Positions 8,674 to 18,164 of a DNA stretch of 20,112 nucleotides are shown piece after piece; the first letter of the stretch is position 1, and every line of letters begins with the position of its first letter. Under the pieces are notes generated by a model. That model was not told the origin of the DNA. It did not search any database and saw only the letters and a program-made list of their open reading frames with translations. The stretch lies in NCBI GenBank assembly GCA_046318155.1, contig JBKCUU010000064.1:1-20112 (forward strand). The letters are read 5' to 3'. Made by a program: the position numbers and the translations under genes. The stretch comes from Bdellovibrio sp. (GTDB lineage Bacteria; Bdellovibrionota; Bdellovibrionia; Bdellovibrionales; Bdellovibrionaceae).

Positions 8674-8769
8674 CGAGGCAATTCTTGAGTGATCGCTCAA
8701 GTTCACCGAACCAATAGGCTTCCAATTTATCCCACCAATCTTTTAATTAATCCAACCTGGAGAACATGC

Positions 8770-10626
8770 TTGGCAGATTCAAAAAATTCAGACGCTGATG
8801 TAGTCAAAAAACGCGGTCGCAAAGCAGCCACCGCCGAGACCGCCAGCGAAAAAGAAACCGCCCCGGCAAGAGCGGCGAAGGTCGAAAAACCCGAAAAGTA
8901 CGAGAAATCCGAAGCCACAACACCCGTTCCCTCAAATCCTGTTCCCTCGGCCAAGTCTGTCGAAGCCGCGCCGGCAACAACGGCACCCCCTCCTTCTGCA
9001 ACTTCAAGCGCGGGGACTTCAGCACCCCCTCAGCACCAGCCGTCCGAAGGCGGCGGCAACGCAGGTTCTGGTGGCGGTGGTGGCGGCGGGCGACCCCAGC
9101 AGCAATCGCACAATAACAACAAACAACGCTATTTCGACAAACGCAACGATCACCGAGGTGGCGGCGGACGCCATAACAATAATCAACGCCGAGATTTTCG
9201 CGATAACCGTAATGATCGCGGTGGCGGCGGCGGACAAGATCGCAACAACAGTGACCGCGGTGGTAGCAACAGGCCTTACCGTGACGATGATATGCAAGGC
9301 GAGGGCAACACGGGCGCAATTACTCAGAACGAGGACTTCGACCTGTCAGAAGTGAATTTGACCGATGAAGAGAAAACATGGCTCTCGTCAAAAGATCTCA
9401 AATCTAAAAATATCACGCAGCTCAATGAGCTCGCGAATAAACTTAAAATCGAAAATGCCTCGGGACTTCGCCGCCAAGACTTGGTGTTCGAAATCCTGAA
9501 ACGCGCGTCTCGCTTGGGTGACATTCACGGTTCGGGCGTTCTTGAAATCTTGCCCGACGGCTATGGATTCTTGCGCTCACCTGATTACAACTACCTTCCA
9601 GGTCCAGATGATATTTACGTTTCTCCCTCACAAATCCGCCGCTTCGGTTTGCGCACGGGGGACACGATCACGGGTACAGTTCGTCCACCCAAAGAAGGCG
9701 AGCGCTACTTTGCCTTGCTTAAAGTTGACTCTCTCAATTTCGAGAGCGGCGAAGCCAGCAAAGACAAAATCTTGTTCGACAACTTAACGCCCCTTTATCC
9801 AAATGAGCGTTTGAAGCTTGAGCACAACCCTTCTGAGTACACGACTCGAGTTGTCGACTTAATGGCACCTCTTGGAAAGGGCCAGCGCGGATTAATCGTT
9901 GCTCCTCCTCGTACTGGCAAAACAGTCTTGATGCAAAATATCGCCAATGCGATTTCGCACAATCACCCTGAAGTAAAGCTCATCGTCTTGTTGATTGATG
10001 AGCGACCTGAGGAGGTCACTGACATGCTTCGCTCAGTTAAAGGCGAAGTCATCAGCTCAACTTTCGATGAACCACCCACTCGCCACGTTCAAGTTGCTGA
10101 GATGGTGATCGAGAAAGCAAAACGTTTGGTTGAGCACAAGCATGACGTCGTCATCTTGCTGGATTCGATCACGCGTCTTGCTCGCGCCTACAATACGGTT
10201 GTGCCTCCAAGCGGAAAAATCTTGTCAGGCGGTGTCGATTCAAACGCTCTTCACAAACCAAAACGTTTCTTCGGCGCCGCTCGAAATATTGAAGAGGGTG
10301 GATCACTGACGATTATCGCAACGGCGCTCGTCGATACCGGCTCGCGAATGGACGAGGTAATCTTCGAGGAATTTAAAGGAACGGGAAATGCCGAGATCCA
10401 CTTGGATCGTAAGCTCATGGAAAAACGAATTTTCCCATGCATGGACATCAACAAATCTGGAACTCGTAAAGAGGACCTCCTTGTTGAAAAAGCCGACCTG
10501 AACCGTTTGTGGATTTTGCGTAAAGTCATGGCGCCGATGAACGTCGTTGATGCGATGGAATTCATCCTCAGCAAGGTCGAAGGAACCAAAACAAACGATC
10601 AGTTTCTCAAAGGGATGAACGGCTAA
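8770..10626 (+). CDS. rho: Transcription termination factor Rho with long N-terminal disordered extension
   Basis: [28 protein letters not shown]-loop [42 protein letters not shown]. Start placed at TTG 8770, 6 nt after GGAGA; the ORF-track GTG at 8689 lacks an RBS. Confidence 0.97.
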   Translation: MADSKNSDADVVKKRGRKAATAETASEKETAPARAAKVEKPEKYEKSEATTPVPSNPVPSAKSVEAAPATTAPPPSATSSAGTSAPPQHQPSEGGGNAGSGGGGGGGRPQQQSHNNNKQRYFDKRNDHRGGGGRHNNNQRRDFRDNRNDRGGGGGQDRNNSDRGGSNRPYRDDDMQGEGNTGAITQNEDFDLSEVNLTDEEKTWLSSKDLKSKNITQLNELANKLKIENASGLRRQDLVFEILKRASRLGDIHGSGVLEILPDGYGFLRSPDYNYLPGPDDIYVSPSQIRRFGLRTGDTITGTVRPPKEGERYFALLKVDSLNFESGEASKDKILFDNLTPLYPNERLKLEHNPSEYTTRVVDLMAPLGKGQRGLIVAPPRTGKTVLMQNIANAISHNHPEVKLIVLLIDERPEEVTDMLRSVKGEVISSTFDEPPTRHVQVAEMVIEKAKRLVEHKHDVVILLDSITRLARAYNTVVPPSGKILSGGVDSNALHKPKRFFGAARNIEEGGSLTIIATALVDTGSRMDEVIFEEFKGTGNAEIHLDRKLMEKRIFPCMDINKSGTRKEDLLVEKADLNRLWILRKVMAPMNVVDAMEFILSKVEGTKTNDQFLKGMNG

Positions 10627-10787
10627 GGCTCTCGGACCCAGCTCGTCACGATCTAAGATATTGAAACTACAAGATTAATTTAAAATTTAAGGGGCCCGCA
10701 AAAAGCCCCATAGCCAAGTGAATAACTCTCGACAGGGCTTTGTCCCCTGTGTTATTTCCTCGGCCTTGTCTTTAAGCGGAGTAGATC

Positions 10788-11033
10788 ATGAAAAAAGGTA
10801 TTCACCCTGAACTTTACGATGTAGTTTTCAAGGACGTCTCTTGTGACTTCAGCTTCCTTGGTAAATCGACTCAAAAATCGAACGAATCAGTCACTTGGGA
10901 AAACGGTAAGTCATACCCTCTACTGAAGGTTGAAATATCGGCGGCTTCTCATCCTTTCTACACGGGTAAACAGCGTGTCATGGATACCGAAGGCCGAATC
11001 GACCGTTTCAAAAAGAAATACGGAAAAAAGTAG
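10788..11033 (+). CDS. rpmE: 50S ribosomal protein L31, type B (long form, no Zn-binding CxxC pairs)
   Basis: MKKGIHP...VVFKD...[21 protein letters not shown]...[10 protein letters not shown]; 81 aa with a single Cys. Confidence 0.96.
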   Translation: MKKGIHPELYDVVFKDVSCDFSFLGKSTQKSNESVTWENGKSYPLLKVEISAASHPFYTGKQRVMDTEGRIDRFKKKYGKK

Positions 11034-11069
11034 CTTTAAACTTAAGTCGACCATTGGTCGCACTCTACG

Positions 11070-11106
11070 AATGCGGCTTTCTCAAATTGGGGAAGCCGCA
11101 TTTTTC
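11070..11106 (+). terminator. Intrinsic terminator after rpmE
   Basis: AATGCGGCTTTCTC...GGGGAAGCCGCATT stem (with G-U pairs) followed by a T-run. Confidence 0.8.
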
Positions 11107-11155
11107 ATTTCACCCCCCCTTTGCTGGTCGGTCTTCAGCCTGATGAGGATATGCG

Positions 11156-12241
11156 ATGTTTAAAAAACTTGAAGATGTCGAAAGCCGTTACGAAGAGGTG
11201 CAACTCCAGCTGCAGAAGCCCGATATTGCATCGGACCAAAAAAAATACCGAACGCTCATGAAGCAGCTTTCAGATCTTGAAAAGATCGTGGTGCCGTTTC
11301 GCGAGTACAAAAAAAAGAAAAAGGATCTCGACGACAACAAGCTTCTGGCCAATGACTCGGATCCCGAGATGCGCGAAATGGCCAAAGAAGAGCTGCGTAC
11401 CCTCGAGAAAGAGCTCCCCGAGCTTGAGCACAGCCTGATGCTTTCACTTTTGCCTAAAGACCCCAATGACGACAAAAACATCATCCTCGAGATCCGCGCG
11501 GGCGCAGGCGGCGATGAGGCCAGCCTTTTTGCCTTTGAATTGTTTCGTGCCTATACCCAGTTTGCAAGCACTCAGGGTTGGAAGGTCACGCTGATGTCGA
11601 CCTCCGATGGTAACGTAGGAGGCTTCAAAGAGGTCATCGCCAGTATTTCGGGCGAGAGTGTTTACAGCAAACTCAAATACGAATCGGGCGTTCACCGCGT
11701 GCAGCGCGTACCCGACACCGAGACTCAAGGACGCGTTCACACCAGCACCGTGACGGTTGCCGTGATCCCAGAACAAGAGGTGAACGAAATCAAACTCAAC
11801 ATGAACGAAATCCGAATCGACGTGACCCGCTCGCAAGGTGCTGGGGGTCAGTCCGTTAATACGACAGACTCTGCTGTTCGAGCGACTCACTTACCAACAG
11901 GAATCATCGTGTTTTGCCAACAGGGTAAATCACAAACCAGCAATAAAGAGATCGCTTTGCAGATCTTGTATTCGAAGTTGGTAAAGATCGAAGAAGACCG
12001 CCTCATTAAAGAAGCTTCGGATGCTCGCCTCGCGCAAATCGGAACGGGTGACCGTTCAGAACGAATCCGCACATACAACTTTCCGCAAAGCCGAATTACC
12101 GACCACCGGATCGGGTTTACAACCCACGCCATCCATGATCTCATGAGTGGAAACCTCGGCATTGTCCTTGATCCCCTGATCACGTACTTCCAAGCCGAAG
12201 CGCTAAAAAACCAAGGACGAGCGGGCGAACCGACATCATGA
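11156..12241 (+). CDS. prfA: Peptide chain release factor 1
   Basis: [25 protein letters not shown] (PxT motif of RF1), [20 protein letters not shown]. Confidence 0.98.
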   Translation: MFKKLEDVESRYEEVQLQLQKPDIASDQKKYRTLMKQLSDLEKIVVPFREYKKKKKDLDDNKLLANDSDPEMREMAKEELRTLEKELPELEHSLMLSLLPKDPNDDKNIILEIRAGAGGDEASLFAFELFRAYTQFASTQGWKVTLMSTSDGNVGGFKEVIASISGESVYSKLKYESGVHRVQRVPDTETQGRVHTSTVTVAVIPEQEVNEIKLNMNEIRIDVTRSQGAGGQSVNTTDSAVRATHLPTGIIVFCQQGKSQTSNKEIALQILYSKLVKIEEDRLIKEASDARLAQIGTGDRSERIRTYNFPQSRITDHRIGFTTHAIHDLMSGNLGIVLDPLITYFQAEALKNQGRAGEPTS

Positions 12242-13128
12242 AGCTGCAAGAGATCCTCGACAAAACCATTCACTTCTTTAAAGAGAAAAAATATGATTCT
12301 CCGAGATTGGATGCCGAGCTTCTCTTGTCGAGTGCCTTGGGATTTCGCCGCATCGATCTTTATCTTAAGTTTGATCAACCCGTAAACGATGAGGATCTAC
12401 AACGCTGCCGCGAAGCCGTGAGGCGTCGTTCGCGAGGCGAACCCGTTGCTTATATTATGGGTCAGCGGGATTTTTATGGCCTCACGTTTACAGTTGATCG
12501 CCGAGTGCTCATTCCTCGTCCCGAAACAGAGCTGCTAGCAGAAGAAGCGATTCTGTATGGGCAAAAACTGAAGCTTGCGGACGGCGCCATGCCGCCTCTC
12601 GAGATTTTGGATCTGGGGAGCGGCTCTGGTTGTTTGGGCCTTACCCTCGCGCATAAAATTCCTGAAGCGCGAGTGACGTTGGTTGATGTTTCTACTGATG
12701 CTTTACAGGTCGCAAGGCTCAATGCAGAAAAACTGGGGCTTTATGAGCGCGTGCAGTTCATCGAAGGTGATGCCGCCCAGCTGCTTGTCGATCAACAATT
12801 TGATATCGTGGTGGCGAATCCGCCTTACATCGCACCGGATGATAAAAATTTGTCTGCCGATGTTGTTAAATATGAACCTCGCACGGCGCTGTTCGCCGAT
12901 GACGAGGGCCTCGCCATGATCCGTTCATGGAGTCAGAATATTTTTAGATCCCTAAAGCCTGGCGCTTTTATCGGCTTTGAAACCGGAATGGATCAAGGAG
13001 CGAAAGCCCGCGCGCACTTTTCTCAGCTCGGTCTTGAGAGTGTTCGCACGATCAAGGATCTGGCCGGACTTGATCGCCATGTGGTCGGGCGCAAAGCACT
13101 TCAAGACAAAGGAAAGTCGAATGGATAA
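12238..13128 (+). CDS. prmC: Release factor glutamine N5-methyltransferase PrmC/HemK
   Basis: [41 protein letters not shown] overlap with prfA. Confidence 0.97.
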   Translation: MKLQEILDKTIHFFKEKKYDSPRLDAELLLSSALGFRRIDLYLKFDQPVNDEDLQRCREAVRRRSRGEPVAYIMGQRDFYGLTFTVDRRVLIPRPETELLAEEAILYGQKLKLADGAMPPLEILDLGSGSGCLGLTLAHKIPEARVTLVDVSTDALQVARLNAEKLGLYERVQFIEGDAAQLLVDQQFDIVVANPPYIAPDDKNLSADVVKYEPRTALFADDEGLAMIRSWSQNIFRSLKPGAFIGFETGMDQGAKARAHFSQLGLESVRTIKDLAGLDRHVVGRKALQDKGKSNG

Positions 13129-14374
13129 AATGATTGTTTCAAGCGGCCGCGTTTTAAATGGGTCGGTTGCCGTCAGCGGAGCTAAAAACTCGGCCCTGAA
13201 ACTTTTGTTTGCCAGCCTTCTTGCCGATGGTGAGCACGTTTTTAGAAATGTTCCTCGCCTCAAAGATGTTGAAAGCACAGCGACATTGTTGCAATCACTA
13301 GGCTGTGAGACCGACTGGCAAGGCGATGTTTTTAAGGTTCGTGTTAGTAAACCTCAAAGCATCGAAGCTCACTATGATCTGGTTCGAAAAATGCGTGCGA
13401 GCATCTTGTGCCTTGGCCCATTGCTCGCCAAGTATGGCGAGGCGGTCGTTTCGTTACCGGGCGGCTGCGCGATCGGAACACGTCCGATCGATTTGCACCT
13501 AGAGGGCATGAAGGCACTTGGAGCCGAAATTATTTTGGAAGAAGGCTACGTGAAGGCCAAAGCCAAAAAACTCAAGGGCGCTCCATTCTTGTTCGAAACT
13601 GTGACCGTTGGTGGCACCGAGAATGTGATGATGGCGGCAACTTTGGCTGAAGGAACCACAATTTTAGAAAATGCGGCGAAAGAACCCGAGATCGTGGATC
13701 TGGCCGAGTACTTGATTCGTATGGGCGCAAAAATTAGAGGCCACGGCACCAGTGTGATCGAAATCCAGGGTGTCGAAAAATTAAGGCCTGCCGAAATCTC
13801 GGTGATGCCGGATCGCATTGAAGCTGGGACCCTCGTGATCGCAGGTGCCATTACCGGCGGTGAAGTCACGGTGACGAAGATGGTGCCCGAACATATCGAA
13901 TCATTGTTAATGAAGCTTCGAGAGTGCGGATTTACGATTACGACAACCACAAACAGCGTCACTGTTCATGCTTTAAAACAGTGCCAAGCGGTCGACATCA
14001 CGACAAACCCCTACCCGCAGTTTCCAACAGATCTCCAAGCTCAGTTCATGGCCTTGATGTGCGTGGCTCAAGGAACCAGCGTGATTTCAGAAACCGTTTT
14101 TGAAAATCGCTTTATGCATGTGCAAGAACTGACTCGCCTTGGTGCAGACATTACTCCGAAATCAAGAGTTTCAGTTGTTCGTGGAAAACCCGGTGGCCTT
14201 ACAGGCGCACCTGTGATGGCAACGGATCTTAGAGCAAGTGCGAGCTTAGTTTTGGCTGGACTTGTGGCGCGCGGTGAAACCACTGTAAATCGCATTTACC
14301 ATTTGGACCGAGGTTACGAAAATCTTGAGACCAAGTTGGCATCACTCGGAGCGAAAATTCGACGTTCAAACTGA
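13121..14374 (+). CDS. murA: UDP-N-acetylglucosamine 1-carboxyvinyltransferase
   Basis: SGAKNSAL, KMRAS, LPGGCAIGTRPIDLH (catalytic Cys present), FPTDLQAQ, FENRFMH, ATDLRASA, HLDRGYE. Start at ATG 13121 (MDKMIV) with AAGGA RBS. Confidence 0.98.
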   Translation: MDKMIVSSGRVLNGSVAVSGAKNSALKLLFASLLADGEHVFRNVPRLKDVESTATLLQSLGCETDWQGDVFKVRVSKPQSIEAHYDLVRKMRASILCLGPLLAKYGEAVVSLPGGCAIGTRPIDLHLEGMKALGAEIILEEGYVKAKAKKLKGAPFLFETVTVGGTENVMMAATLAEGTTILENAAKEPEIVDLAEYLIRMGAKIRGHGTSVIEIQGVEKLRPAEISVMPDRIEAGTLVIAGAITGGEVTVTKMVPEHIESLLMKLRECGFTITTTTNSVTVHALKQCQAVDITTNPYPQFPTDLQAQFMALMCVAQGTSVISETVFENRFMHVQELTRLGADITPKSRVSVVRGKPGGLTGAPVMATDLRASASLVLAGLVARGETTVNRIYHLDRGYENLETKLASLGAKIRRSN

Positions 14375-14469
14375 TCGAAAAGAATCAGGATACTGATCCA
14401 TTTAATTACTTGAGCTCGGTCAGTAAATGCTCAGGTGAGATGTCCTTTTGCGTTTGTTATTGAATGGGG

Positions 14470-14517
14470 AAAAGAAAAAAGCCTCGGTGTCTTGAGGGGG
14501 GGGGTGACAACGAGGCT
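14470..14517 (-). terminator. Distal terminator hairpin with C9 loop
   Basis: Minus strand AGCCTCG-T-TGTC [ACCCCCCCCCTCAA] GACA-C-CGAGGCT followed by TTTTTCTTTT. Confidence 0.75.
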
Positions 14518-14539
14518 CTTGGAGTACCTAAATTTTTGG

Positions 14540-14581
14540 AAAAATAAAGTCTCAGCCCAGGAGGGGGTCTAGGGCTGAGAC
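14540..14581 (-). terminator. Proximal terminator hairpin with anti-SD-like loop
   Basis: Minus strand GTCTCAGCCC [TAGACCCCCTCCT] GGGCTGAGAC perfect 10-bp stem followed by TTTATTTTT, 15 nt after the stop codon of the upstream gene. Confidence 0.8.
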
Positions 14582-14596
14582 CCAAACGCGTGCTGG

Positions 14597-15007
14597 TTAA
14601 AGCTCGCTAATTTGCAAAACAACGAGTACCAAAGCAGGATTCTGATCAACCTTCTCTTCGGAGAGGGGATCCATCAAGAAGGTCTTGTAAACAGGGCCTA
14701 CTTTGTACATCAGTTCAAAACCTTGGACTTGAACTTTTTGTCCGTTGAAAACCGTGAGGTCTTCAGAAGACCGAAGTTCATAGAAAACTTCGTCGGAAAC
14801 AATCAGATACACTTGACCTTCAACAGTGACAGCGACCTCGCCGACGAGCGATTTCAATTGAGCAGCAGCAGCACCCGCTCCGTGGATTGGGAAAATTGAT
14901 TGATCAGCTCTGGCTGAAGCAGAGAAACCAAGAACGATCAGAACATAAACCAAAATCAGAGCGTTTCGGATTTTTGAGTTTTCGATTGCGCGCTTCATTG
15001 TTGCCAT
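14597..15007 (-). CDS. Small secreted hypothetical protein, possible OB-fold-like beta domain
   Basis: Basic N-terminus, hydrophobic core ALILVYVLIVLGF and A-R-A cleavage site; beta-rich mature part (GQVYLIV...FYEL...LTVFNGQKVQVQG...LVVLQI). It has its own promoter and terminators. Start is ambiguous (15025, 15007 or 14998); 15007 follows GAAGGA. Confidence 0.8.
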   Translation of the reverse strand: MATMKRAIENSKIRNALILVYVLIVLGFSASARADQSIFPIHGAGAAAAQLKSLVGEVAVTVEGQVYLIVSDEVFYELRSSEDLTVFNGQKVQVQGFELMYKVGPVYKTFLMDPLSEEKVDQNPALVLVVLQISEL

Positions 15008-15039
15008 GATTCCTTCTTTGCTCATCCGAACGTCACTTT

Positions 15040-15055
15040 AGCAAGTCCAGTGCCA
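15040..15055 (-). promoter_or_regulatory. Sigma-54 (RpoN) -24/-12 promoter
   Basis: Minus strand TGGCAC-TGGAC-TTGCT matches the TGGCAC-N5-TTGC(A/T) consensus exactly; predicted +1 near 15029, just upstream of the RBS. Confidence 0.85.
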
Positions 15056-15246
15056 ACAAGTTCGACGGTTCAAATCTAAACTAGGGTCAAGAGGAGTTCG
15101 AACCCCACTTGGTGGGTCCGCGGCCGTGGTCCCAACCTGGACTTTGAGTTCCAATCTGGAACCAAGCTTTGAGTCTCCCGGCCTGAAGTCGTGCCCGGCC
15201 TTAAGGATCTCAAAATAACTCAGAAAGTTCGGTAACATAGAGGATC

Positions 15247-18120
15247 ATGACGCGAACTCCAAAGACCGGCCCAAAACCTCAGTGGATGGTGATGCTTTCC
15301 AATGGACGCATCATGGGCCCGTATTCAACCGATGCCGTTTTAAAACTCATTGGTGAGGGTGCCTTGACGGGCACCGAAAAAATTAAGAAAGCGACCGGTG
15401 GATCTTGGATTCCGATTTCAAAAGAGCCTGATTTTTATGATCGCTTGCTTGAAGCTCTCCACGCCGAAACACCAAAAGTTGAAAATCCAACCTTGCCCGA
15501 GACGATGGCGCAAGAAACGGTCGTCGCCCCACTACCGATCGAGGCGATGATTCCTCCTACCGATCCGGATCTGCAGCCCGCGGCTCCCATGCAAGGAAAC
15601 TTTGAAGAAACAGCAATTTTGCATCAACCGCAGACGCCCGCAATCCTTGAGCGCTCGCAGACCAGCCGCGATCTTGAAATGTCGCCATTGGCGGCTCGGA
15701 AGAGCGGCCATCAAGTCGTTGACTTGCAAAACTTAGGAACGATGGCGCAAGCTCACCAGTTGCGCAAACTGAAGGTGCCTTTGGTTTTTCTGTCTTTGGC
15801 TGTCGCGCTTGGACTGTCCGCGTACTTTTTTACTGGTGATGACCCAGAAGAAAAAATTCAACTGCTCGTGCCCAAGTACGGGCCGTCGGCGACTTTGACA
15901 AGTGAAGAGCTCAAAGCCGAAGTGCAAAAGACAGTGCGAGTTTTTCAGTACGATACCTTTGAAACTTATTACGAAACTCAGAGCCTGTTGGTTTCAATTT
16001 TAGAGCGCGCACCGAACAGTTTGGATGCGAGAGGGTTTTTGTGCCTCACCTACCGCGAGCTTTGGCCGCACACCAAGCAAGATTCGAGTGATATCGAGGC
16101 CGTGAACTCGATCGTGAAAACAACGAAGGCCCTTGATCCCCTCGGTGCTGCGGGCTCTTATTGTGAGATTTCAAAACTCTTGATGTTTGGCAAGGTCGCC
16201 GACGCCCGCGGCATTTTGGATTACCTTTTAAACCAAAGGCAATTTTCGACCGATCCAGTTTTAATTTCTCTAAAAGCCGAAGTTCTCTCGAGCGAACAAG
16301 ATCCTAAATCGGCCGCGCTTTTTTCTGAGACTGTTCGTCAGCTCTGGCCGACTTGGGTGAAGGCGGCTGTTCAGCAGGCTGAGTACCTGATGCAATCGGG
16401 CCAAACGCAGCAAGCGGCGGCGGCTTACGAGCGTGTGCTGAAAATGAATCCCAAACACAAAGCGGCCCAAATTCAATACGGCATTTTAAACTACCGCTTT
16501 TTCAAACAATCCGAAATCGCCCTCAACTACCTGACGGGAGCACTAAGTTCAAATGGGCGTGTCTTGCGGCAGCTTGAAGCAAAGGCAAATTTTGTGTTGG
16601 CTCAAATCTGGAGTGAGCAGCGTCAGCCCGCAAAGGCGCGAGATTATGCCCAACGAGCCTATGACCTAAACCCCGGAGATTCTGAGTACAAAGAAATTTT
16701 GGTGAAGCTCGGCGGTACGACCGAGCTCTCGAAGAAAAACTACAAGCACAATGAACTCGTGTTTTTGGGCGATCAGTATCTTCGCGCTGGAGATTGCCTC
16801 TCGGCTCAGGCCGAATACAAAGCCGCGTTTGAGCTTGACACGAGTAACGCACTCGCGGCGACCAAGGCGGCCAAGTGTTTGTGGCAGCTCAATCAATCGA
16901 GTGAAGCCATCAATTGGCTGGCAAAAGCCATTAAGGCGGACCCACGTCTGACTGAGGCTTACACCATGATGTCGGACTACTATTCGCAGCGTTACAACTA
17001 CCAGTCGGCCCTGCAAACTTTGAATCGCGCGGCCATGCTGTTTCCGAACAACAACGATGTTCTTCGCGGCTATGGACAGCTCGAATTTAGACGCAACAAC
17101 ATGAAGGACGCGATTGGATATTTGCAGCGCGCCCTCAAGGCCTATGAAAATGACGTCGAGACCATTTTACTCTTAGCAAAAGCCCATGCGGCTTTGGGCG
17201 AATATCAAATGGCGCAAAACTATGCGATCCGCGCCATGGAGCTCGATAGCACTAATAATGATGCGATTGTCGTTTATGCCAAGAACTTGGTTCAGTTTCG
17301 TGGGCTTGATGCGGGTCTTTACTACATCAAAGATCAAATCTCGAAATTCTCGTACACGATCGAGTTTCGGTTGGCTCTGGCGGAGATGTACCGAGATGTC
17401 GAACGTTACCGGGATGCTCAAACCGTGTATGAGCAAGTTCTTGAGGCTGATCCCAAAAATAAAAAAGCGTTTATGGGTTTGGGTGAGAGCCTCCAGGCGA
17501 TAGGTGCGTTTGATAAGGCCCTTCGCGCCTACCTGAATGCTGCTGTTCAAGACCCGTCAGATGCAGAGCCCCTGTTCAAAGCGGGGCAGCTGTACATTGA
17601 TATGAATCGCTTTACCGATGCCAAGACTCAGTTCGAACGCGCCCTCAAGGTGAATCCGTTTTATCCTCGCGGCAATTACTACGTCGGAAAAGCCGCATTT
17701 TTAAACATGGATTACCAAACGGCCCTTAAGTTTTGCCAGGCTGAACGCCAGATCAATCCGAACTTGGCCGATAGCTATATCCTGGCCGCCGAGGTTTATT
17801 CAGCGGTCAAAGACTTTGCAAAATGCGCGGGGGAGTATCAACTTGCGGTGCGGCTGCGTCCCCAGGGCGCCGAAATTTATGTGAAAATGGCCCGCTGCTA
17901 CCGTCAGGCGGGCTCACCTGATATCGCCGAAAACATGTTGAACATCGCTGTGACCCAAGAATCAGGACTGCCTGATATCTACAAAGAGCAGGGCGCTATC
18001 TATGAGGGCCGAGGCGATGCCCGATCGGCCGTGCGTGCTTACGATAAATACCTGGCTCTTTCGCCAAACGCACCGGACCGTGCCGAACTCGAAGCAAGAA
18101 TCAATTCTCTGAACCGTTAA
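15247..18120 (+). CDS. Membrane-anchored GYF_2 (DUF4339)-like domain / TPR-repeat protein
   Basis: N-terminal WMV...GRIMGPYSTDAVLKLIGEGAL...I (GYF_2-like), Pro/Glu/Thr-rich linker, one TM (VPLVFLSLAVALGLSAYFF), then many TPR units (e.g. AAAAYERVLKMNP, AKTQFERALKVNP, YDKYLALSPNAPD); GAGGA RBS. Confidence 0.88.
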   Translation: MTRTPKTGPKPQWMVMLSNGRIMGPYSTDAVLKLIGEGALTGTEKIKKATGGSWIPISKEPDFYDRLLEALHAETPKVENPTLPETMAQETVVAPLPIEAMIPPTDPDLQPAAPMQGNFEETAILHQPQTPAILERSQTSRDLEMSPLAARKSGHQVVDLQNLGTMAQAHQLRKLKVPLVFLSLAVALGLSAYFFTGDDPEEKIQLLVPKYGPSATLTSEELKAEVQKTVRVFQYDTFETYYETQSLLVSILERAPNSLDARGFLCLTYRELWPHTKQDSSDIEAVNSIVKTTKALDPLGAAGSYCEISKLLMFGKVADARGILDYLLNQRQFSTDPVLISLKAEVLSSEQDPKSAALFSETVRQLWPTWVKAAVQQAEYLMQSGQTQQAAAAYERVLKMNPKHKAAQIQYGILNYRFFKQSEIALNYLTGALSSNGRVLRQLEAKANFVLAQIWSEQRQPAKARDYAQRAYDLNPGDSEYKEILVKLGGTTELSKKNYKHNELVFLGDQYLRAGDCLSAQAEYKAAFELDTSNALAATKAAKCLWQLNQSSEAINWLAKAIKADPRLTEAYTMMSDYYSQRYNYQSALQTLNRAAMLFPNNNDVLRGYGQLEFRRNNMKDAIGYLQRALKAYENDVETILLLAKAHAALGEYQMAQNYAIRAMELDSTNNDAIVVYAKNLVQFRGLDAGLYYIKDQISKFSYTIEFRLALAEMYRDVERYRDAQTVYEQVLEADPKNKKAFMGLGESLQAIGAFDKALRAYLNAAVQDPSDAEPLFKAGQLYIDMNRFTDAKTQFERALKVNPFYPRGNYYVGKAAFLNMDYQTALKFCQAERQINPNLADSYILAAEVYSAVKDFAKCAGEYQLAVRLRPQGAEIYVKMARCYRQAGSPDIAENMLNIAVTQESGLPDIYKEQGAIYEGRGDARSAVRAYDKYLALSPNAPDRAELEARINSLNR

Positions 18121-18164
18121 GATCAGATACACTTTATTTCAGAACCAAAGGCAAGGAGGCCAAG

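Noticed and set aside
8766..8798. Out-of-frame mini-[13 protein letters not shown] overlapping the rho start
   Set aside because: The ATG is only 2 nt from the GGAGA RBS, too close for efficient initiation; probably chance.
14496..14504. G9 homopolymer as a phase-variation tract
   Set aside because: It is intergenic between convergent genes, not in a CDS or promoter; better explained as a hairpin loop.
7540..15450. Idea that the GYF_2 domain binds the polyproline arm of the LysM protein
   Set aside because: Predicted topology puts GYF_2 in the cytoplasm and the Pro-rich arm in the periplasm.
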